Of a stretch of DNA of 64,000 nt, positions 26,101 to 40,187 are shown piece after piece (positions within the stretch are counted from its first letter, which is position 1; each line of letters begins with the position of its first letter). The DNA is from Schmidtea polychroa. Taxonomy: Eukaryota. The position numbers and the translations under genes were made by a program. The stretch lies in contig CM097885.1 in NCBI GenBank assembly GCA_044892525.1, forward strand, positions 9,674,001-9,738,000, written 5' to 3'. The notes under the pieces are model-generated. The model did not search any database. It worked only from the letters and a program-made list of their open reading frames with translations, and was not told the DNA's origin.

Positions 26101-29100
26101 ATTTTAACGGATAAAATCGCATTTAAAGTACTTTTCTAATAATGTTTGGTACGTTTATTTATTATATATACATATCTCGTCATTGCAGAAAGTGATGCTT
26201 ATAAATACTTTATCAAGCTGCGTCCTTTATGGAACCTTATCAATATGTCTCCATTATATCAATTTTCATATGATATATATATTTACAACCTTTCAAGTCC
26301 TCATTAACTTGATACAATCTGGAAACTCTTTATTCTTTACAACAATGTGCGCAAAGTTATTTGGAATGAAGAATTTTGTATGTAATTATGGAATGTTATT
26401 CACATCATTTGTAAGTATATTTTGTAATAAACATGATCTAAATAAGTCAAAATATAACATAAATATATTTTCAATGCCAATTATATATTCGGTTGGTCTC
26501 TAAAAATTGCTTTCCTGACGAATTTAGGAAAATGCAGTTTTTTGTTTTAACCGCTTGACGATCTCACCCGAGTATTATCAGTAGTGCTTTTTTCTGGAAA
26601 AAAGGTGCCAGTGCGTATCTGTAGTAAATTTATTTTATAATTCAATTCTTTGAAATTTTAAATATATTGATTATTTTACAATGTGAATTTACAACGCCGA
26701 CAACATGAAACGATTTTAATGACGTAGTATATTAATGGCGTATATTTACCGTGAGCGTGTTTTATATAATAGTAATAACACATAGGAACCACGGAGTTAG
26801 GATTCACTCGCTTTGGCGTACGACTACTACTTTTAATTTGATTGCAATTGACTATTTGAAATGTCAGAAATATAAATATGACAAAAAACCAAAACATATA
26901 TATCAATTTTTTAAAATCATTCAGCAAAAATAGGTGCCGGAATTCCGTTCATGACCGTTCCGTCAGAAAGAAAGCAGTGATTATCAGGCAATAAAAAAGC
27001 CAAATTTGGTATATCCCGAGAATAAATATAATGGAGTTCTGCGCAGTCGTATACTCGTTTACAGTTTATATACGCCCAGAAAATATTTCAGCCAAGTTAC
27101 AATATTTTATTATTATATTTTCCAAAATTTTATTGTTCACCCGAGTATACTCGGGCAAATCCATTGAGAAATTCAATTGTCACAAAACTTTTTTTTCCAG
27201 TAAATAAAAATTTTGATGAAATTTTCTTATCACTTACATCCAAATAATTTATTCTTTCATAAAATAAAATTTAAAAAATATGGTTTTTTGACCGGTTTTT
27301 CAGGAATTAATTCGACCGTTAAGAGGTTAAGGTTTCAATTTCGCCTCGGTTCGTAATTTTCTTTTGTTTGTTCATATTCAGATTAATTTTCGATTTTTTT
27401 AGTTCATTTTATAAACCAATTTAATTAATTTTGTTTTGATTAAAGTATTTTCACTAATTAAAATTATTTTAATTAATTCAGTAGGGCAAAATTTAATATG
27501 GGACTCCTTATGTATTTTTAACTCATAAATTTTAATTAATTTTAATTACTTTAATTACTTGCGAAGAAATTGACAACGCTAAAAGAAAAGTTGAATTGAA
27601 CAAATGTGACTTATACTCAAAAATTGACTGGGCTATGGTTCATAATTTGACCAACAAGCTGGTGGCAGGTCTAGATAAAGCTGCTGTTCTTTCTCTTACA
27701 AAAGGATATAAGTTCAAAGGAAAATATAATATAATATACAAATATAATATACCGGTTGAATGATCATAGTTGGGAATTTATCGAATGGGCGAATACTCGC
27801 GAAAAGTGAGGTACCTTTGTACACTATAATCGTCAAGTATTTGGTGGGGTCACGGACTACCGTTAGAAGGCATTTGTCCGTTTTTACTTTCAGTCCCACA
27901 CAAATTTCCAATACTTTGAGCATAATAATAACTAACTAAAATTTATTTCTAGATAACAACATGTTACACGAAAATCCTATCTCTATCCCTAGTGTTGAAT
28001 GCGACGGACCCCATATACCCTTCCTAGTTCAGTAACCACCTCCATTGCTAATGACCTGGTGTCTAGTAATTTCCGTCGCAGCGTCTGGATTCTCTGTTCC
28101 ACTGAAAAAAATTAATTAAGCTAGATTTATTTACCATATAGTTTGGGTAGCATCACGCGTGTAAGATTTCTTAATGGTCTCTTAGTTATAATTAAATGAA
28201 TCACAAAGACTTTTTCATAGTCATTAAAGCACAATATGAGTGACCGATAAGACGAACACGCTCCATTTTTTCCAGCTTGCAATTCTTTTGCGGTCGAGTT
28301 CTAAGCAGTTTGGATTTGGTCATTTTTGAGTTAGATCTTTCAGCGTAGAAAAGCTCGTGAATTTTTTATGGACGTACTGATCTACCACGCTCTGTTTGTT
28401 CTGCATCTCCAACTGGCGTATTCGAATTTTGTGTCTTTATCTCCACCTGATTTTGTGTGGCTTATAACTGAAGCTGTTCGATTACCTTATATTTTTGTTA
28501 TATAGGGTCAGAAACAAACCAGGTGCCTTCCAGAGTTTGGTACCGGCTCTTGAGTCTTTCGATTCTCCTTCAGTAACTTTCCATCAACAGGATAAACGCT
28601 ATCTCGATCCGCACGCATATTTTCCGCCAATCAAACCACTAAAAATAAAATAATTGTACAGACCACAGAAAACAGTCATTAATAATTATGTCGTATTTGG
28701 TTCAAGACTAATACGTTGTAATAATAAATATTTAGGATAGGTACCCGATTACTCCTTATGTTGTTTGATAGATTGCGATTTTTCCATTTCATTATGACTA
28801 ATTTGATTCATTTCCAACATCTTTCCTCCGGAATCCATTACATTTTAACCCATACATCAGTCAAATCAATCACGCAACAATATATCAACATCGCAGAACA
28901 CTTAACTAATTTATTAATACACAAATAGACATATCACTCTGAGATATGCTTATCTCTCCCATGTTACTCCTACACCACTTCAATGCCATCCATTCCACTG
29001 GAAGTTTCGTGCTCGCGAGTAAGATTGTGGTGTTTCGGTTTGTGATCAAAAGATTTCTTCAGGGATCTTTACTTCACAATCGAGGTATCATCTGAGATTG

Positions 29101-30102
29101 GTCTTACACTCGAGACCTTTGATGTATCAGTGGATTTGATTAATAGACATGTGTCGAGCATCAGATTTTCATCAATGAATATTAATGAAGACATGATAGA
29201 CAGTTGCTCTTCCGATGAAAGTAGGAGTAATTTTTCATTTCCAGATGCAAGAATGCTTGATTCTGGAAATCATGAGATGAGCTTGACGGACCGATTTTGA
29301 AGATCTCTAAACTGGCTGGAAAACTGCGTTCGAGCTTGATCTCAAGCTGAGGTGTAATTTCTGCATAAGAATTAATGTTTTTTGAACAATTGGACTTGAT
29401 CAAAGAGGATGTTTTGACAATAATGTCCAAGCATCGCAATGAATGTTCCAGGTAACTCTTTTGCCCCAATATTTCCATATCAAGGTATTCCATATTGTCT
29501 TTATTACCATCCTTTTGCATTGTTTCAATTTCTAAATTTTGGTGATTTTAAAAGTTTTGAGCAAAATATTTGTCATACGTCAAACCAACAGTACACTTAT
29601 CCCCCGATTTAATCGGTAGATACGTTCTTTAGAAATCCCGCGTAAATAGAAACTGCATAAAAAAGGTAACGAATTCATACAAAAATATAAAATAGGTGCC
29701 ATCATATAAAAATTGGGAAAATAAACTCTTTGATTTGATATTAAATTTGAAGATTCGTTCCACAGTTTTAAAAGTTTTTTTTCATAATTATATTTTCGAA
29801 ATTGTTCATGTGAAAACGCGCAAAAAAGTACCGCGTAAATCGGAGTGCGTCTTATACTTTGGACACGAGAATACAAACTTGATATAACTTTAAGTTTTTA
29901 AATAAATATAGCCACCTTACACCTAAACACATTTTGTGTTATTTATTTTATTTATTTTTAAAATTATTATGATTCTTATAAATTTAGTCAACTGCGGCAA
30001 TATTTGCAGTAATACTGACTAGTGCCATAAATCCCGTTGGCACTCACAATTCAGTAATTTTTGAAATAATGTGCTCTGTTGGGGCGGCAGTTTCATTTTT
30101 AA
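20151..30102 (+). CDS. Host MFS transporter (oxalate:formate antiporter/MCT-like), paralog 1, 3' exons: 20151-20274, 25993-26127, 26189-26410, 29988-30102
   Basis: AG/GT-bounded, phase-compatible exons encode PHKIILELDFWILW, SSLFNFAGRIIWGILTDKIAFK, KLFGMKNFVCNYGMLFTSF and a further hydrophobic segment. The 5' exons and last exon were not located. Confidence 0.75.
22816..23710 (-). pseudogene. gag: Gag with four Zn-knuckles (second one degenerate); frameshift near 23530
   Basis: FNGDSGEFLEF..., RKQNVNEHVGEF (major homology region-like), CFNCHRKGHIAKSC, CTNCGGNNNSAENC, CEKCKRKGHVAAVC, CHGCEKFGHMMRSC. Confidence 0.88.
23788..23805 (-). promoter_or_regulatory. Primer binding site, tRNA-Trp
   Basis: TGGTGAGCCCGACGTGAT lies 3 nt after the LTR end. 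Its complement ATCACGTCGGGCTCACCA matches the recalled animal tRNA-Trp 3' end ATCACGTCGGGGTCACCA at 17/18. Confidence 0.8.
23809..24180 (-). repeat. 5' LTR (~372 bp)
   Basis: TG...CA ends with short inverted termini, AATAAA on the minus strand near 23930, adjacent to the PBS. Confidence 0.7.
25551..25671. mobile_element. Small MITE-like inverted repeat
   Basis: ATCCTTTACAAGAAAATATTTTCAG ... CTGAAAATATTTTTTTGTAAAGGAT. Confidence 0.55.
25757..25956. mobile_element. 200-bp foldback hairpin element; related partial copies near 38510-38650 and 63470-63560
   Basis: About 95-bp arms GATGTTTGTTGATACTCA... / ...TGAGTATCAACAAACATC around a short loop. Confidence 0.75.
26551..27326. mobile_element. 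piggyBac-like MITE
   Basis: TTAA|CCGCTTGACG ... CGTTAAGAGG|TTAA; internal CCCGAGTATACTCGGG palindrome motif. Confidence 0.65.
26582..26979. mobile_element. hAT-type MITE nested in the piggyBac-like MITE
   Basis: TIRs TAGTGCTTTTTTCTG / CAGAAAGAAAGCAGTG; perfect 8-bp TSD ATTATCAG at 26574-26581 and 26980-26987. Confidence 0.8.
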
Positions 30103-30609
30103 GTAATATTGTTTTTAATTTTTTTAAATATTTTTGCATTTGATTGGTGTGATAATTGCGCTCTTTAATTTATATTTAATTTAATTAATTTCTATATAAT
30201 ACGATTTACCATGATTAGGGCAGGAGTATTAGTGGCGTAGCTTGGGATGCGGCAGGGCTCCAATTTCATAGTTCGCCTCCGAGCGCAAAATATCATAGCT
30301 ATGCATTTGAGGAGTATTCAACCTTTTCAGATCTTTCGAACTCTAATAATCTCTAAAATTACTTATGGAACTTTAATTTTTAAAAATAAGCTTTTCGTTT
30401 CCTAATGTAACAATTTTAGACATTCGTTTTCAATGGAAAATTATAGAGTCTACTTTGACTTAGAATAAAACGAGGCCTTATAAAAACCAAATTTTTATAA
30501 AGATCGGTTTATATTAAGGTCTTACATTAGGAAAAATTTCATGCAAGAAAACTAACTTTTATTAACACGGCACGATTGTAAAAGAATTAAAATAGATATT
30601 ACTTTTATA

Positions 30610-31087
30610 GAGGGACGTAACCAGGATTTCAGCTTGGGGGGGGGGGACAAAATAGAAAAAATATTTTAAAATAATTAACAAATTTATTATTAATTATTAA
30701 CGATTACATAGAATATATTACAATATAATATTAATTCGTCTTTATCCCTTCATTAATTCAGAAAGTATTTCATCTGGACTTATTTTAATGTCTTGATGAA
30801 TATAAAACAAGCCCAAACCGTTTAACCTTTTTTCCATCCTTGGTATTTCTTAAATATGACTTCAGGTATTTAAGTGATGAAAAATACGCTCCGCTGTACA
30901 AGTTGATACCGGCAAAGTAGCAAATATTGTGAGAATAATATAAATATTTTTATAAAAAATTGGATCACAGCAATAGTCGGTTTGATTTTAATTTCTTCAA
31001 ATTTTTTGTACCTTAATTTATATTTAATAATCTATAACTTATTTGGGGGTAGGGAAATGCCCCCTATGCCCCCTAGCTACTTCCCTG
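30610..31087 (-). mobile_element. Internally deleted hAT element retaining a dimerisation-domain relic
   Basis: Ends GAGGGACGTAACCAGG / CCTAGCTACTTCCCTG; flanks CTTTTATA / CTTTTATT. Minus strand reads FATLPVSTCTAER.FSSLKYLKSYLRNT. Confidence 0.75.
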
Positions 31088-32019
31088 CTTTTATTATTTG
31101 AAAATATTTTTCTGTTGAGATTAAATTCATTGAATAGTTAGAATATTAAATAAAACAAGTACGGATTGTTCATAGAAAATTCTCCCTTCTTCCAAATAAA
31201 AAAATTCTTATTCCTAAATCCGCTGTTTTGTATAAAATAATGATGATAATTAAACATTAAATGAACATCAAATGAAAAACCTTTATATTTCCCCGCTCAA
31301 ATATCATTGGTTGATTTATTCAACTGATATCGCGGTTGTTTATAATAATTATGGAAATATGATTTTTATACTCTCATAGATTTGAATTTTATTCATATGA
31401 ATTTTTTATTATTCCATTTGATTATTAATTAAGTCGTTCTAATTTATGTCTAATTTTTCTAATGCATGTCAATGTTTATATTTAATGTAAACTTTAAACT
31501 TCACCCTTTGATAAAGTGATTCATATTAATTTGATATCATAATAATTCAGCTGCATTGATAACACTGACGTACCGAGGCAGATCACTTATATACCAATCT
31601 TGACATCAAGCTCCCCCTTATTCAGTTATTGGAAATTGATTTATTTGCACATTATTTCTATCGATTTTATTGTTCATTATTTTTATTTAATAAATATATT
31701 TTTTCTCAGATTCCAAATGACTTTCCTGAGAGGCGTGTTAAATAATTTAACTAATTTTAGATTTTAGAAATAACAATATTATGACTTTAAATAAAGTCCG
31801 ATGGCTCAACATTTTTGTGCCATTTTTGCGCAAATGAAATTTTTTTTCATAAAAGAAATTGATGGCCCAGGCGATGTTCATCCGGATAACCGCGCAGCCT
31901 TTTTTAAATATGTCTTTGTTAATTGCAATAGACTTACACCCATTTTGCTTTTCACTCATATTTAAATTATTAATAAAACATATTTCAATTTTCTGATAAT
32001 TAATTTTCAACCTGTATTT

Positions 32020-32930
32020 CAAGGCCGGCCCTAGGACAAGACGAACAAGACAACCGGCTTGGGCCCCGCACTTTGACTTAACATTATTTTTACTGTATAA
32101 AAAAAACGAAAATTCACTTTTTTGTATAAGAAAACTGAACCATCTGAAAACATCTACAAATAATTTCCAAACGAATTGAAACTATAAATCAGACTTATTT
32201 TTATCTTTTTAACAGCTCTAGAAACCAAAATAGTTTTTTGCTTCAGTAGCAGGATAGGCTTTCAGTATGGTCCAATGACAATTTATGGCACATAATGGAA
32301 AATGTAAACTTTACATTAATTAACTTTATTTAACTTTAAATAAGATTTGTTATTTAAATTTAAAAATTTCCATTAATTGATTTTTTAGTTGAGCGGATAT
32401 GCCACCAAAACGAGATCGCGATTTTGGCAGAAAATATAAAAGTGGCAATGAAAAGAAAAAACAAAAAGAGACACAAGAAAGCCAAATTAAGGAATTAACA
32501 CAATCTCTCAATAAATCTATTGTACAAGGATTGCCAAGGACTTAGAAGTTGAACCCCTTTTCAAGGAGAGGAGAGTGTGAAAAAAAAACAATTTAAATAT
32601 GAAGTAGAAGATGAAGGATTTGTAAATCCACAAGAAAGGTTTCGCACTGATTTTGTCACTAGATTGTTGATCTTGCAATCATATTGATGGACATTCGATT
32701 TGAACAACTACGAATGCATCATATCTCGTTTGGAATTTTTTATAAATTTCATCAATTACAAAAAAATGATCTACTAAATTGCAATATGAATCTGGAGAAA
32801 AAGCTCACAGCCTGCGAAAGTAAAGATCTTGATGGTTTTATGCTTACTGAAGAGTTGCAATCATTGAGTTCCATAATTCCTGCAGCCACCTACAACGATC
32901 CTGTTAAGATTTTGCAGTTTCTGTTAGTAA
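32020..32930 (+). mobile_element. Truncated hAT (Tip100/ZMYM-like) relic
   Basis: Left end CAAGGCCGGCCCTAGG; fragments MPPKRDRDFGRKYKSGNEKKK and RFEQL...NLEKKL...DLDGFMLTEEL. Right end absent. Confidence 0.6.
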
Positions 32931-33208
32931 ACAAGTGTACTGTTAGTAAACAAGTACTAACTAACTCTCAAATAATTAGATACATACAACTAACTACTTA
33001 CAATCAACTAAATATTTTATCAAATGCTTTTTAAATTAATTTTTTATTAGTCTTCAAAAATATTTTTAATTACAATCAGTAAAAAAACCTTTTTTAAGTG
33101 ATGATTTTTATCAAAAATTGAATAATTGTCAACTCAACACCACATGGAATTAAAGATAAAATTTTCATATTTAACCAATAATTTCATGTGGTCATCTGGT
33201 TGTAAGTA

Positions 33209-35558
33209 CCGTATTTTAGCGGATATAGCGCGCCCCCGCGTATAACGCGTATCCCTGTATACCGCGCGGATTTTATTGTATGTGTAAATACAAATTTGTA
33301 TAACGCGCCCTGGCCTATAGCGCGCACCTACCTGATGCTGGTAAATTTCCAAAAATGCGGTTTAGTATACTTATTAATTATTCTCCATAAATTTTGTTTG
33401 TAAAATAATTCATAATCTCAATATTAAACAGCGTTACATTCCGTGTTTGTTTATTGTTGCTGTTTGCATCACGTATTATTAATCACGAGACTCCGCGACA
33501 AAACAAGCTGAGTCATAAATTTAAAGTTCAGCGATGTAACAAACCACGTGTGAAATTCGTTTAATTTTATTGGCTGGGTTGTCGGCGTGTGATGACGTGG
33601 TCAGCCTGATAAATTGCCACGTGGTTAGATCCGTTTAAAACTATTGGTCTTACTCCAACGGCTGACAAAATAAAACAACGAATTCTCTGTTCTCATAGCA
33701 CAATATAAACTCATGATATTTTAAAATCCATCATAAATTATTCGATATGCCTAAAAGAAAGTCTTACACAGCTGATTTTAAGCTTCAGGTGATTAAGTAT
33801 GCGAAGGAGAAGGGAAATAGAGCGGCGGGTCGGGAGTTTGGTGTTGGTGAGACGTCGGTTCGAGAGTGGAGGAAGGACGAGACAGAGCTGGAAAGTATGA
33901 ATCCGAGAAAAAGAGCAAGGCGTGGCGGCAAGGCGAGATGGCCACATCTGGAGGCGAATTTGGTGAAGTGGATTTTGGCTCAGAGAGAGAATAATCGAGC
34001 TGTATCGACGGTGGCAATTAAGGCAAAAGCAAGATTGTTGGCCGTTGAAATGAAGTTAGATGATTTCAAAGGTGGCTCGTACAATTGGGTTTACAAATTT
34101 ATGCGGCGCAATAATTTGTCGATGCGTGCTCGAACAACAGTCGGCCAGCGACTTCCGGATGATTGGGAAAAGAAGTTGGATGATTTCAGAGAATTTGTTC
34201 ATAAGGAAATCAGCCAACACGATCTCTCACCAAATGACGTCATCAACATGGACGAAGTGCCCATGGTCTTTGATATCCCTCCAACGCGATCAGTTGCTGA
34301 AGTCGGGGTTAAGACGGTCGCTGTTGCTACGACAGGACATGAAAGAACTTCGTTTACCGTCGTCTTAGCCTGCACCGCTCGAGGCCAGAAACTCAAGCCA
34401 ATGCTTATCTTCAAACGTGCGACAATGCCACGTGAACAGCTTCCAAGTGGTGTTGTCGTTACATGCAATAAAAAGGGTTGGATGAACACGGACGTCATGG
34501 GGATCTGGACAGACAAATGCTTCCGCACCTTCCTCTCCTTGTTTTTGATGCCATGACAGCTCACAAAGAGTCATCTGTTCAAAAGAAGATAAACGCAGCG
34601 GGCGCCCATATCACCGTCATCCCGGGTGGCCTCACTTGCAAGCTTCAGCCACTGGATGTCGCTGTAAATCGACCATTCAAGACGTTTGTTCGTGAGGAGT
34701 GGGACAAGTGGATTTCAAATGGGTCCCACACATACACACCAGCTGGTAGACAACGCCGTGCCACATACGTTGAAGTATGCAAGTGGGTCATAACTGCATG
34801 GGAGAAAGTGAAGGTGACAACAATCACAAATGGATTCAAGAAGTGTGGAATTATGCCCAGTAACGTTCCCGATGTTGGCGCCGATGACTCGACAGATGGA
34901 GAGGGAGACAGTGAAGCATCAAAAGCAGAGGGAAATGATGTGGCAATCGAAGAAGAGCGCCTACAGCGAGTCATGGACATGTTTCAGGCCAGTTCAGATG
35001 ACGAGAGCTTCGAAGGTTTCCAGGAGAGTGATGGCGAAGAAGAGCTTGAGGATGGCGGAGATTAAAACAGCAACAAGTTACTGAAATGACATGTGGGATC
35101 AAAAATAAATAAAAAAACATCGAAATTTTATTTATTATATCTATAAAAAAAATTTAATATAAGATAACGTGAACATTAAAATTTATAATTTCTTTATTTC
35201 TATTTGTTTTCCTGACATGTCAATACGAACAATGCAACTCCGGCTGGCGCCATTCGATCCATATTAAACACAAACTCGGTATCTGAAACATTGCTACATA
35301 ACAGAAATAAATAGCAAATTATTATTTAATATTATAAAAATAAAATAATTTGTTTAACTAAAAGTAAATCTGGTTGCAATCAAACGTAACATTAAAACCG
35401 ATGGTAGGGTTACTGTCACATCATAAAAATATTTCCACTGGCAATGCCGCCACGTGCAAAATATAAATCATAAAGCGCGCACCCACAGATACCGCGTATG
35501 GGGGGTGCGCGGTTTGTAAAAATGCGTATAACGCGCGCGTTATATGCGCTAAATACGG
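33209..35558 (+). mobile_element. pogo-superfamily DNA transposon (POGK/Passer-like)
   Basis: TA|CCGTATTTTAGCGGATATAGCGCGC ... GCGCGTTATATGCGCTAAATACGG|TA, i.e. imperfect TIRs with a TA TSD. Confidence 0.92.
33747..35065 (+). pseudogene. pogo transposase (Brinker-type DBD, CENP-B HTH, DD35D) with one frameshift near 34530
   Basis: MPKRKSYTADFKLQVI...AAGREFGV, NMDEVP, LLVFDAMTAH and QPLDV, with 35 residues between D2 and D3; acidic tail. Confidence 0.92.
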
Positions 35559-36199
35559 TACATGGTATCTAGTTGACAGTGCTTAGTACTTGGTATATTT
35601 TACTTGGTTGTTAGTATCTGGTAGCAGGTTGCAAATACTTGGTTGATAATGCTTAGTGAGGACACTTTTTTCTATTGAAATTCCCAGGTTCCATCGTGAG
35701 GTGCTCAATTGTCAGAGAAATCCTGGCCATTTTTCTATAGACACCTTTATTTGTATTGAAAAAAATAAAATATGAGTAGCCCCATGCGGCAATTATTTAA
35801 TCAAAAAAGCAAAAAAAACGAGTTGCTGTAAAAATTTTACTACTAACTACCTACTATTAGAATCCCAAAATGATTTCATGACAGAAAACTTAAAATCATT
35901 AAAATCGTATGTCATCTTCACTCAAAGAATTCGGAAAATAGCAGATTAAAATTTTCGACTATAAGATAATCCTTGTCAATCTTAATTAGTAATAATCAGT
36001 AATAAAATTTAAGATGCATTATTTGAAAAATATTTATTTTAAGAATTTAAAATAATATTTTAATTAAAAGTTTCTTTAAATACATCAATTTAATCATTAA
36101 TTTTAGTGTAGATTTTTCATTAATTTTTTATTGTTATTAAAAATTTAAAGTTTTTTTAATTTTTAATTTTTTAATTTTAAACTTTTCTTTTCATAACTC

Positions 36200-39100
36200 A
36201 TGTCGATTACGCAATGGAAATGTATTATTCTTTTCGGTGCATTTGTTGCCCAATTGGGTATTGGAGGTTTCTATACGACAGGTTGTATTAATTTGTATTT
36301 AATGTAACATTCATATGGACAGCAACGATTTATAGGATATATAGAGGGGAAATTAGTTGATTATATATCTAATCGCACTAATGTAAGTTTAATTGTGACC
36401 ATGGAAACTTCAACTTGGATTTTTGGGGCCATGTCATTGGGAGTGGGCTCATCTATGTCATTAGGAGGATTTTTGGACAATAAAATTGGCACAGTCTCTA
36501 CTATCCTAATTGGTGGTGGTTTGACTTGGTACTTTCTTATTGAAGGTTTTTAAGAAGTAGATGATAATTGTTTAAGTTTAACTACTGGTCTAATGGCGAT
36601 AATGATAGAAAAGGGCTTGTGGCTTATCATCGTCATATATGGGTTTCTTGGTGGAGTTGGCGTTGGCATTGCATATGGAGTCATTCTGGGCACTGTATCT
36701 AAAGTTATTTATTATTCATAAATAATAATAATGTTGGGGTTGTCGGTGAAATGTGAAATTAATAATAATTGATCTAATTCCAAGCGTGATTTATCTGGTA
36801 ACAATAACAACGAATTCCGGGTTTTACACACGTATTGATTAGTACAAATAATTATAACAAATACAACGATACCAATTATTCAATACCAAAACCAATTGTT
36901 ATCGAGTGCTTATTGTAATACTCCGTGAGAAATTGCACTTATCGTAACAAATTCAAATATACAAGAACTCAACGACCGGTGTGGAACTGATTACTTTGTA
37001 ATATCATTCTGATTGCCTTTCCGCTTTGACTCCATTACCTTAACATTATTATTTATTTGATCCACACTGCTTCTTGTTTCAAATTCTAAGTTTCATCGCT
37101 TGTCCGATTGAATTTGTGTTTCTGATTTTCATATGTAGTCGTTTGCTGGCGCTTTTTGGTCATCTAATGTTGTTTTCGTTTTTTTCAAGTTTTACCTAGA
37201 AGAAATCTCCTAACTTTCCTATGGTATCTCTGACACCTATAGAAATATGAAAATTTAATTTCAGTTTTGATTTTGGAATTCTTTTCTCCTTCTTTTAATT
37301 ATTAATTAATCACTAACGACCTTGTTATATTTCACTATTTGACTATTTGCTTTTCAATTTCCATTTCTTCTCACTCCTGATTCTTAGAATGCTGGAACAA
37401 CATACCTTTATTTTACACATATCTCCTAACCTTCATTTTGTTCACTCTAATATTTGTTTAACTTTATTATTGAGATGTCATCAACAATAATAATAGTAAT
37501 AAATGATAAGGTAAGCCTTTGCTGAAAAAATATGTATAAGTGAGAAAACTTTTGACTATAAGATAGCCGTTTTAGATCTCTTAGATATTAGCTAAATGTT
37601 CATATGCTTCCTGGTTTTACTTTTTATTCACTGACTTCCTTTTCAAAGGTTTATATATTTTGATTACCACTAAAACCGCCAAGAGACGTCATTTTGACAT
37701 CTACTTTTAACACCACGCTACACGTCAATTCAGTGTAGAATATCACATGTAATAAATGCAGTTTACAAGTTATCAATCTTTTACAATATGATAAGGGAAC
37801 CTAATTCTGCCTTTTAAAGTGGAAAATCCCGAGCAATATTATTGTAACGCAAAACTTTGTAGAACAATAGTTGATCTTTCTTTTTATCTAACCGTGTATC
37901 TCAATATGAAATACTGTTTTTAAGTTCAGATTTTCTCATGATGACGGAAAGGGATACTTGATGGAAATAAGTTCATTTACCTTAGAAAATAAATCAAAAA
38001 CCGGCTGGATAGTTTTATTAATCATCATAAATTTTGCATGTGATTACCATCATTTTTGTTCCAACACTCTGATCACAACAAAATTTATTAAAACTTGATC
38101 AGATGCTGTTTGTTTTGTTGTGGTGAATGCTAATCTGGGAGTTTTCTTGTTTTTTGGAGACAGGCGTGTGCTGGTTAGACGTTTCACTGACCATGCATGG
38201 ACTTTGCGACATAATCCTTCTACGACTTTCGAAATGAAGTTTCTTCGTGAAATTTTCTTATTTGTGACTTTTATAAATAATTCAAGAGTTCAAATTCTAT
38301 ATATTCAGCAAGTTGTAAAATAAATGCATGGTCCATCGTGGCTTCCCGCTTTGACAATAAGCTTCCTAACCATTAATTTTTTCATTTGTATTAAATATAT
38401 TATTTGCAGCAAAAGGCTTTAAATATCATTTAATTGTTTTAAAATTTTATTAAAGCTGCTACCAAGTAATCATCACTTAATAATAATAATAATATATAAT
38501 AATAATATAAGAACTTTTTTTTTCCAATTTCACCACTGATTTCTTTTCCGTTGTAATTATTGAAAAGCTTGAAGACTGAATCAGTGAATACATCGATGTT
38601 TTTAATATTCACGATATTTCGGCACTGTATTTTTCAGAAATTCACTTGAAATATTGTAATATAATATAAAAATTTACAAACCGGAGGCACTACAATTATC
38701 AGTTTAATTATCAATTTAACTATTAATTTAGTAGAAAATGTTGAAAAATTTTAGTAGAAAGTGGTGATTTCTTGGTAGCAGCATTAATTAAATGTTAAAC
38801 AATTAAAAGAATTTTCTACTAAAAGAGTCTCTTTCCAATTTCAAAGGAAATTGACAAGGACTATCTTATAGTTGATTTTTTTCATTTGTATCAAATATAT
38901 AATTTGTAACAAAAGGCTTAAATTATCATTTAATTGTTTAAAATTATTAATTTATTTATCAATTTAATCATTACTTAATCATTATTAAATGAGATATAAT
39001 ATTACACCAAATCTTTTTTTTTCATAGGTTTCCAGTGAAAGAAAAGGACTGATATTTGGGGTAACCCTTTCAGGTTACGCTTTATCGACGCTGTTGCAAA

Positions 39101-40122
39101 ATATCATACAGCATTATTTGATTAATATGAAATTGTGAGTTATTTTGGTTTTCTTTGAATTTATATTGTAAGGAAGGTAATTTAATTTTTCAGTTTTTTC
39201 CTAGCTTCATTCTTGTATCTCCTTGATCACATGAGTTGAAATCCGTGCATTGCGGTTGTATTTTAAACATTCCATAGAAAGATGTTTGTTTTGAACTGCA
39301 CCGACTTTAAAATATTTTTAAGAGAGACAAGTGACAGATCATTACTTGAATATTTAGAACCATTTTAGGACTCGATTTCCCAAAAATATTTACTTACTGC
39401 ACGCCACCATATTGTACTCTACTTGTAGTTACACCATCTTAAAAAGATTAGAAACATCTTTCATTCTTCAAATTGCGTTAATGTTAAGATTCATGGTATA
39501 GAAGAAATCAAAAATATAAAGTTTTACTTTGTTGAGGAAATGCAACCAAAAATGGTCGAGGGAATGAATAAGACGAAAAAGGCCAAAAATATTATGACTT
39601 TTATGTATATTAAAATATCAGAAGTATCATATGAAGCCCAGGTAATTATTAAATTAATCCAACTGATAAATTGTCATCAAATATTTTTGCAAATCCGTTC
39701 GCAAAGATACCTCTAAATCGTTGTAAATAAATATGAGAGCATTTGATAATGATGATATGCTTTTTGAATACTGTGGGCTTTAAATCTACACCATAGTTCT
39801 CCGAAAAGGATGATAAATTGTCATTGTAACTCGATCAGCTTTGCAAATTCCCTCGTTTGTCCCTCACTTATTTCCCACATTCCAAAAAAAAATACCTTGT
39901 TACTTTACATTAGACCTTGTATTTCTTTCCCAAAAACTCTTAAAAGTCGTTTGTGGTCTAAAGCTCTTTTTCACCAAATGATGACAGTGAATCCCCGCGT
40001 GGCCACTGAAATATTCACTTCATATAACCAGCAAATCTTCCACTTTTTCTTATAATCGCTGTGACATCGTTAGAGGAAAATAATATATTATTTTTAATTG
40101 AAACCCTTATTATTATTATTAA

Positions 40123-40187
<65 letters not shown>

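Larger units (their letters stand above)
32950..35855. mobile_element. Short copy of the giant-palindrome family, split by the pogo insertion
   Basis: 32950-33100 resembles 1785-1925. 33160-33208 joined to 35559-35600 resembles the reverse complement of 1284-1363. 35660-35855 resembles the 13660-14708 end. Confidence 0.7.

Noticed and set aside
27600..29520. Higher-complexity stretch with short ORFs (e.g. 29182-29520)
   Set aside because: Looks like decayed coding or TE sequence, but I could not recognise any motif; needs a translated search.
36732..37450. Possible LTR (TGTTG...TAACA) with adjoining retroelement relic
   Set aside because: No matching TSD, second LTR or clear pol motif.
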